Positions 6,588 to 11,290 of a DNA stretch of 13,468 nucleotides are shown piece by piece; positions within the stretch are counted from its first letter, which is position 1; each line of letters starts with the position of its first letter. The notes beneath the pieces were generated by a model. The model was given only the letters and a program-made list of their open reading frames with translations, made no database searches and was not told where the DNA came from. The DNA lies in the NCBI GenBank assembly GCA_050744025.1, contig JBOGGR010000327.1, forward strand, positions 1 to 13,468. Direction: 5' to 3'. This DNA is from Acidimicrobiales bacterium (GTDB lineage Bacteria; Actinomycetota; Acidimicrobiia; Acidimicrobiales; JAJPHD01). Position numbers and translations under genes: made by a program.

Positions 6588-6691
6588 GGTCTCGCTCGTC
6601 CATCTCACACGATGGACCCAGTGGCCGGGCACCTGTAGGTGCCAGCATGTCGACCGGCTGGCAGGCGGAGCTACTCCCCTTCACCTGTCAG
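6588..6691 (-). promoter_or_regulatory. Candidate yybP-ykoY (manganese) riboswitch aptamer in the 5' leader of the UPF0016/GDT1 transporter gene
   Basis: The minus strand reads cugacagGUGAAGGGGAGUAGCuccgccugccagccggucGACAUGCUGGCAccuacaggugcccggccacuggguccaucgugugagauggacGAGCGAGACC. It contains the hallmark L1 element GGGGAGUAGC, a CGACAU..UGGCA segment, and a 3' GAGnGAGACC end, as recalled for the yybP-ykoY consensus. Length is about 104 nt. It sits immediately upstream of a UPF0016-family gene, one of the canonical gene classes controlled by this riboswitch. A possible -10 TAGGCT (plus 6690-6695) lies just 5' of it. No covariance-model scan was possible here. Confidence 0.55.
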
Positions 6692-6946
6692 CCTAGCGCG
6701 CCGGGCCGGCGCCAAGTGCGATGACCTCGTCGGCGAGTGGGCCTGCCCAGCAAGCGGACCAGCGACACCCGCCGGCAGGGGTTACCGTGGGCCATGGCCT
6801 CCGGCACCTGGAAGACCCTGCTCCGCCGCTTCCTCAGGCTGTGGCGGAGCCGCCGCCAGAAGAGGCAGCCGGGGCGGCGCTCCCGCTGGTAGCGGGCCGG
6901 GGGCAGCCTCGTCTGGTGAGATCCACGATCCGGGGAGCCCGGCTGC

Positions 6947-8128
6947 CTACGCTCCAGTCTCCTCGACCCGGGCCATCACTCCATCGGTGCCCGTGCCGGG
7001 GCCGGCGGAGGCGGTGCCGGAGCTGGGCCGGCCCGCCTGGGCCGTCCTTCCGGGCGCCGCCCGCTGGAGGGCGTCCAGGATGGCCATGCCCTGGCCGATC
7101 AGGCCCGTCAGCATCTCGCTGATGCCATCGGCGCCGTTCAGTACCGTCAGGTTGGATCCTGACAGCCCCGAAGCGGCCGCCGTCACGAGATCGGGCAGCT
7201 GGTCGACGACCCGGTTGGAGGCGAGCAGCTGCTGGTTGCCCTCCTTCAGGCTGTCCGCCCGCAGGCGCATGGCGTCCGCCTCGGCCTGGGCCAGGGTCCG
7301 CTGCCTGTACGCCTCAGCGTCGGCCGGCCGCCGCACTGTGCCCTCGAGCCGCTTGGCGGCAAGGTCGGCCTCCAGGACGGCGCGCTTCGTCTGCTCGGCG
7401 ATCGTGCGCTGCTCCGCCGCCGCCTGGGCGAGGGGGCCGGCCTGGCTGGCCTCGGCCTGGGCCGTGTCCACCTCGGCCTGGTAGCCAGCCTGGGCGATCC
7501 TGGCCTGGCGGACGTACTCGGCCTTGCGGGCCTCGGACTCCTGCTCCCGCTCGGTGGCCTCCTGCTCGGCCTGGGCCTGGGCGACCCGGGCATCCTTCTG
7601 GACGACGGCGATGTGGGGAGCAGCCAGGCTCTTGATGTAGCCCGTCTCGTCGGTTATCTCCTGGATCTGGAGGCTGTCCACCACCAGCCCCAGCTTCTCC
7701 ATCTCCGAAGCCGACGACGCCTTGACCTCCTGGGTCAGCCGATCCCGCTCCCGGATGATCTCCTCGACTGTCAGGCCACCGACGATCGACCGGAGATGGC
7801 CGGAGAAGACCCGCCCGGCCAGGGATTCCATGAGATCCTGCTGGTCCAGGAAGCGGCGGGCGGCATTGGCGATGGACGACTCGTCGTCGCCCACCTTGAA
7901 CACCACCACCGCCTGGACCAGCAGGGGGATGCCCTGCTTGGTCACGCAGGGCTCGGAGATGCTGGCCTCCCGCAGGTCCAGCGACATGTAGCGGGCCTTC
8001 TGCTTGACCGGGACGACGAAGCAGCCATGACCTGTGATGATCCTGAACTGCGGGCCGCCGGGGTCCTTGTGCTTGGACCCGGAGATCACGAGGGCCTCGT
8101 TGGGGGCTGGGACCTTCCAGAACAGCAC
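6947..8128 (-). CDS. Flotillin-like SPFH/band-7 protein (YqiK/FloT family). GTG start at 8128 is preceded by a perfect AAGGAG SD.
   Basis: The N-terminus reads (V)LFWKVPAPNEALVISG...FRIITGHGCFVVP...SLDLREASISEPCVTKQGIPLLVQAVVVFKVGDD, which is the SPFH domain. It is followed by a long Ala/Gln/Glu-rich coiled coil (AQAQAEQEATEREQESEARKAEYVRQARIAQAGYQAEVDTAQAEA...) and a flotillin C-terminal domain. There is an in-frame TGA 60 nt upstream of the GTG, so no N-terminal hydrophobic anchor can be added. Confidence 0.9.
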   Translation of the reverse strand: MLFWKVPAPNEALVISGSKHKDPGGPQFRIITGHGCFVVPVKQKARYMSLDLREASISEPCVTKQGIPLLVQAVVVFKVGDDESSIANAARRFLDQQDLMESLAGRVFSGHLRSIVGGLTVEEIIRERDRLTQEVKASSASEMEKLGLVVDSLQIQEITDETGYIKSLAAPHIAVVQKDARVAQAQAEQEATEREQESEARKAEYVRQARIAQAGYQAEVDTAQAEASQAGPLAQAAAEQRTIAEQTKRAVLEADLAAKRLEGTVRRPADAEAYRQRTLAQAEADAMRLRADSLKEGNQQLLASNRVVDQLPDLVTAAASGLSGSNLTVLNGADGISEMLTGLIGQGMAILDALQRAAPGRTAQAGRPSSGTASAGPGTGTDGVMARVEETGA

Positions 8129-8134
8129 TGGGCT

Positions 8135-8140
8135 CTCCTT
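8135..8140 (-). promoter_or_regulatory. Shine-Dalgarno AAGGAG for the flotillin-like gene
   Basis: The minus strand reads ggtAAGGAGagcccaGTG, with 6 nt spacing to the GTG at 8128. Confidence 0.7.
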
Positions 8141-8327
8141 ACCAGTCGCAGGGGGCGACGACGACGCTGCGGGGAGAGCTCTGGTCCCTCACCATGCAAC
8201 GAGTGCCCTTGGGGATCGGCTGGCGCCCCTCCGAGTAGGCGGTGAAGGCCTCGGAGCCCCCCCGGACGAACAGGACGATCTCCCCTGGCCGATCCGCGTC
8301 GACCGGCACCGTGATCTGGCCGACCAT
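8139..8327 (-). CDS. Miniature NfeD-like protein consisting only of the C-terminal OB-fold beta-barrel domain, about 62 aa; a possible GTG start at 8348 would give 69 aa
   Basis: The last 62 codons of the track's 709-aa ORF are a wrong-frame read-through upstream of this point. They read MVGQITVPVDADRPGEIVLFVRGGSEAFTAYSEGRQPIPKGTRCMVRDQSSPRSVVVAPCDW. This matches the NfeD/YuaF C-terminal pattern G-x-V-x-V...G-x-V...G...A-x-S...I-x-x-G-x-x-V-x-V...G..L-V-V. Its stop lies 10 nt upstream of the flotillin start, the canonical nfeD-flotillin arrangement. The only space available before the upstream hydrolase stop (8408) is 80 bp, so no TM segment can be encoded. Confidence 0.55.
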   Translation of the reverse strand: MVGQITVPVDADRPGEIVLFVRGGSEAFTAYSEGRQPIPKGTRCMVRDQSSPRSVVVAPCDW

Positions 8328-8407
8328 GCCGAGGAGCGGCTCGTCCACCGGCTCACCAGTGGATTGCGGGTCGGGGCACGACCTCAGTGTAGGCGAGGGA
8401 GCGAGGC

Positions 8408-9172
8408 TCACCAGGGCCGGAGCCCGCCGAGGAAGTCCAGGACGGCACGGGCGAAGGCCGGACCGAGCATCGCGTTCATGTGGTTGCCTGGGACGGTGAC
8501 GGCCCTCCCCTCCTCCATCGGCTGGGCAAGCGGCTCGGGCCGCCCGGCCAGGGTGTCCTCGGACCCCGCCACCACCAGGCATGGCACGCCTACCTCTCCA
8601 GGAGTGGGTGCCGGCCACGAGGGCAACGCCCGCTGGAGGCAGGCCAGGGCAGAGCGGTCGGAGTGGGTGGCGTCGGCGAAGGCGCGAAAGGCGCGACCCG
8701 TCCGGTCCTCCACGTCGGCCAGCCGGCGCGCCTCCATGGCGGCGGCGACGGCCTCGGCGGCGGCCGCGTCCGTGCCCGTGAGCGTCGCCTCCCCCACCCC
8801 GCCGAGGACGAGGGCCCGGACCCGGGGATCGGCCGCTGCGACCAGGAGGCCTAGGCGTGCCCCCAGCGAGTACCCGCCCACCACCGCACCCGGGACGCCG
8901 GCCTGGTCGAGCAGGCCAGCGGCGTCCTCCACGAGTCGCCCGGGCGCGTATGCGTCCACCTGGTGGGGCGCCTCCGAGCGCCCGTGGCCCCGCAGGTCCA
9001 GCGCCAGCACCCGGTAGCCGGCGCCGGCCAGAGCGCCGGCGATCCCGGGCCGGACCCAGTTCACGAAGGCGTTGGCGGCGTAGCCGTGCAGGAGGACCAC
9101 CGAGGGGCCGTCGCCCTGGTCGTCGTAGGAGAGGGCGGTGCCGTCGGCGCTGCGGAGCGTGTTGAACGTCAC
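8408..9172 (-). CDS. Alpha/beta-fold serine hydrolase (esterase/lipase-type)
   Basis: 254 aa. It has the HG oxyanion motif (VVLLHGYAANAF), the nucleophile elbow G-Y-S-L-G (VVGGYSLGARLG), a late acid (VVAGSEDTLAG) and a C-terminal His (VPGNHMNAM). ATG at 9172. It is tightly packed between the EAL gene (stop 9200) and the mini-NfeD gene. Confidence 0.85.
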   Translation of the reverse strand: MTFNTLRSADGTALSYDDQGDGPSVVLLHGYAANAFVNWVRPGIAGALAGAGYRVLALDLRGHGRSEAPHQVDAYAPGRLVEDAAGLLDQAGVPGAVVGGYSLGARLGLLVAAADPRVRALVLGGVGEATLTGTDAAAAEAVAAAMEARRLADVEDRTGRAFRAFADATHSDRSALACLQRALPSWPAPTPGEVGVPCLVVAGSEDTLAGRPEPLAQPMEEGRAVTVPGNHMNAMLGPAFARAVLDFLGGLRPW

Positions 9173-9199
9173 GATCCCCGGCGGCGCGCCCTACGCCGC

Positions 9200-11239
9200 T
9201 CAGGCGAGGCCGGGAGAGCGGAGGTCGGCTCCGCCGGCCCGAGGGGATACGCCGTGGAGCCCCCGGAGGGGGCTGGCGACGAACGACATGAGGTCGTCCT
9301 CGGACAGCGGCCTCGAGATGTGATGGCCCTGGAGGAGGTCGAACCCGAAGCTGGCCATCCGGCGCAGGGTCTCCTCGTCCTCGACTCCCTCGGCCACCGC
9401 AGTGAGCCCGAGGCGGTGGGCCAGCTCCATGACGGTGCGGACGATGGCCTCGTCGGCCATCGAGGTCGACGAGCGCATCACGAACCGCTGGTCGACCTTC
9501 AGCTCGTCGAGCGGCAGGTGGGGAAGGGCGGCGAGGGAGGTGTAGCCGGTCCCGAAGTCGTCGATGGACACCCGGACGCCCCGGTCGTGCAGGGGCCGGA
9601 GCAGCCTGACTGCCTGCAGGAGGTCGGCGGCTGCGGTCTCGGTCACCTCCACCGTCAGGCTGGTCGAGGGGAGGGCGCGGGCCATGAGCTCGGAGAGGAG
9701 GCGGTCGGGCAGCTCGGGGTCGGTGAGGGTCTTGGCAGAAAGGTTGACCGACACGGGCATGTGTATACCCGCCCGGCGCCAGCGGACCTGGGCATCGAGC
9801 GCCTCGGAGAGCACCCATCCGCCCAACCGGTCGATGAGCCCGGTCCGCTCGGCCAGCAGGATGAAGCGTCCGGCCGGGACGTTGCCGTGGATCGGGCTGC
9901 TCCACCGCAGCAGGGCCTCCACGGCGACGGTCTGCCCGGAGTCGGGCGTCATCTGCGGCTGGTAGGCCAACCAGAGCTCCCCCCTGTCGCCGGCCAGGCG
10001 CAGGTCGGACAGGAGAGCCAGGTCGTCGGCCGTCATCGCCCCGTGGGCCCCGTCCCAGACCGCGATGACCCGCCCACTGGATGCGGCCCGGCGGGCGCTG
10101 AGGGACGCCCGGCGCACGAGCTCGGGGACATCGGTGCCATCGCGGGGCGCCACGGCGAGACCCACGTGGGCCCGCAGCGCCACCTCGACGCCGTCCACGA
10201 GGTAGTGGCCGGCACTGATCGCCTGGGCCAGCCGCCGGGCGAGGGACCAGGCGCCGTCGGGCGACCACATCAGGGGGACGTTGGAGTCCAGCTCCCGCCG
10301 GACCGACAGCGGCTCGTCCTCCAGGGCCTCGGTGACAACCAGCTCGTCACCGTCCACCCGGCCGATGACGGCGTCGGCTGGAAGGACCTGTCCGAGGTCC
10401 TCCACGGCCCGCCGGAGCAGCTCCGTCCCGACCCGGTACCCCAGAGCCTCACGGGCCTCGCCGATGCCCTCGAGCACCACCGCCGCCACGACGAACCCCG
10501 GGCGGTCCCGGTGGCTGGCCAGGTGACGGGCCAGGCCGGGGCCGTTCGGCAGGCCGGTGTCCGCGTCCACCGTGCTCTGGCGCCGGGCCGAGCGCGTCAG
10601 GAGGAGGACCGTCAGCAGTGCCGACGCCGTCGTGACAGTGGTGATGGCCGCGACGGCGGCGGCCCGGCCGGCGCCCTCCGAGCCCAGCATCGCCGCCCAC
10701 AGCCCGAGGCCGGCGAGGAGCGGGTAGCCGACGACGGCGCGAACCCCGAGGAAGAGAGCGACGAACACCCCTACCGGGACCACGAACGTCATGTAGGCGA
10801 ACCCGAGCCCGGAGCCGTGCTCCCCCCACACCAGCACCCAGACCTCCACGAGGGCGAGCACCGCCAGCAGCTGACCCCCGCGGGCGCTCACCTTGTCGAC
10901 CCGGAGCAGCACGACCCAGACGGCCGCCGTCGCCGCGCTGACCGCGATCACAGGCCCGGTCCTCAACCCCGGCGTCCGCAGGGCGAGCGCCGAAGCCGGC
11001 CACGACACCAGGCCCAGCCCGTAGACGAGGCGCATCACCGACAGAGGGCTCAACAGCTCCAGCGGCGCGTCGAGGGCGAACCAGGACCGCGTCTTGGGGA
11101 ACAGGCGGCTGCGCACCTGGACGCCGGCCGGCAGGCGGGCGCTGGTGACCGAGTGGTTGCGCTCGCCGGGCGGACCGGCCCAGCCCCGCCAGGCCGGATC
11201 GGGCGCGCGCGACGGCCTCATCGCCCACCTCATCGGCAC
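9200..11239 (-). CDS. Multi-pass membrane sensor with a degenerate GGDEF domain and an intact EAL domain, i.e. a putative c-di-GMP phosphodiesterase. Start uncertain; an internal M at VMRLVY is possible.
   Basis: About 5-6 N-terminal TM helices (LVYGLGLVSW..., VIAVSAATAAVWVVLL, LLAVLALVEVWVLVW, FVVPVGVFVALFLGV, LLAGLGLWAAML, AITTVTTASALLTVLLL). Then a GGDEF-like domain in which DADTGLPNGPGL replaces DxLTGLxNRR and GRVDGDELVV replaces aRyGGDEFvv; both are degenerate. Then a complete EAL domain: ELWLAYQPQ, EALLRW, N-loop VNLSAKTL, DDFGTGYTS, KVDQRFV, AEGVEDEE and QGHHISRP. Confidence 0.85.
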   Translation of the reverse strand: MPMRWAMRPSRAPDPAWRGWAGPPGERNHSVTSARLPAGVQVRSRLFPKTRSWFALDAPLELLSPLSVMRLVYGLGLVSWPASALALRTPGLRTGPVIAVSAATAAVWVVLLRVDKVSARGGQLLAVLALVEVWVLVWGEHGSGLGFAYMTFVVPVGVFVALFLGVRAVVGYPLLAGLGLWAAMLGSEGAGRAAAVAAITTVTTASALLTVLLLTRSARRQSTVDADTGLPNGPGLARHLASHRDRPGFVVAAVVLEGIGEAREALGYRVGTELLRRAVEDLGQVLPADAVIGRVDGDELVVTEALEDEPLSVRRELDSNVPLMWSPDGAWSLARRLAQAISAGHYLVDGVEVALRAHVGLAVAPRDGTDVPELVRRASLSARRAASSGRVIAVWDGAHGAMTADDLALLSDLRLAGDRGELWLAYQPQMTPDSGQTVAVEALLRWSSPIHGNVPAGRFILLAERTGLIDRLGGWVLSEALDAQVRWRRAGIHMPVSVNLSAKTLTDPELPDRLLSELMARALPSTSLTVEVTETAAADLLQAVRLLRPLHDRGVRVSIDDFGTGYTSLAALPHLPLDELKVDQRFVMRSSTSMADEAIVRTVMELAHRLGLTAVAEGVEDEETLRRMASFGFDLLQGHHISRPLSEDDLMSFVASPLRGLHGVSPRAGGADLRSPGLA

Positions 11240-11290
11240 CGCCGGCCACCAGCTGAACCGGGGCGGCGGGCCCCGGGGCGGGGCGGCAGG

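Noticed and set aside
4860-6638. 592-aa plus-strand ORF, and the 3490..4833(+) 447-aa ORF
   Set aside because: They are antisense to queA/UPF0016 and tgt respectively. The translations are His/Arg/Gly/Pro-rich with no recognisable domains. These are typical shadow ORFs of high-GC coding DNA.
3595-6684. 1029-aa minus-strand ORF in the track
   Set aside because: Only its last ~360-400 codons (3595-4788 at most) are Tgt. Upstream it is Arg/Gly/Pro-rich low-complexity read-through in a frame that runs across queA (a different frame), the UPF0016 gene and the riboswitch. This is a high-GC artefact with no stop codons.
6880-6946. Possible terminator hairpins downstream of the flotillin stop
   Set aside because: Several short (4-5 bp) GC stems without a U-tail. 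None is convincing as a rho-independent terminator.
6639-8245. Plus-strand ORFs 6639..7484, 6721..7122, 7613..8245, 7722..7991, 8034..9017; minus 7246..7593
   Set aside because: They are antisense or alternative-frame to the flotillin and hydrolase genes and have no domain signatures. The 6721..7122 ORF overlaps the intergenic gap but in a frame without GC3 periodicity.
8139-10268. 709-aa minus ORF
   Set aside because: Only the final ~62 codons (the mini-NfeD) are credible. The rest runs out of frame across the alpha/beta hydrolase and EAL genes, giving Arg/Gly/Pro-rich nonsense.
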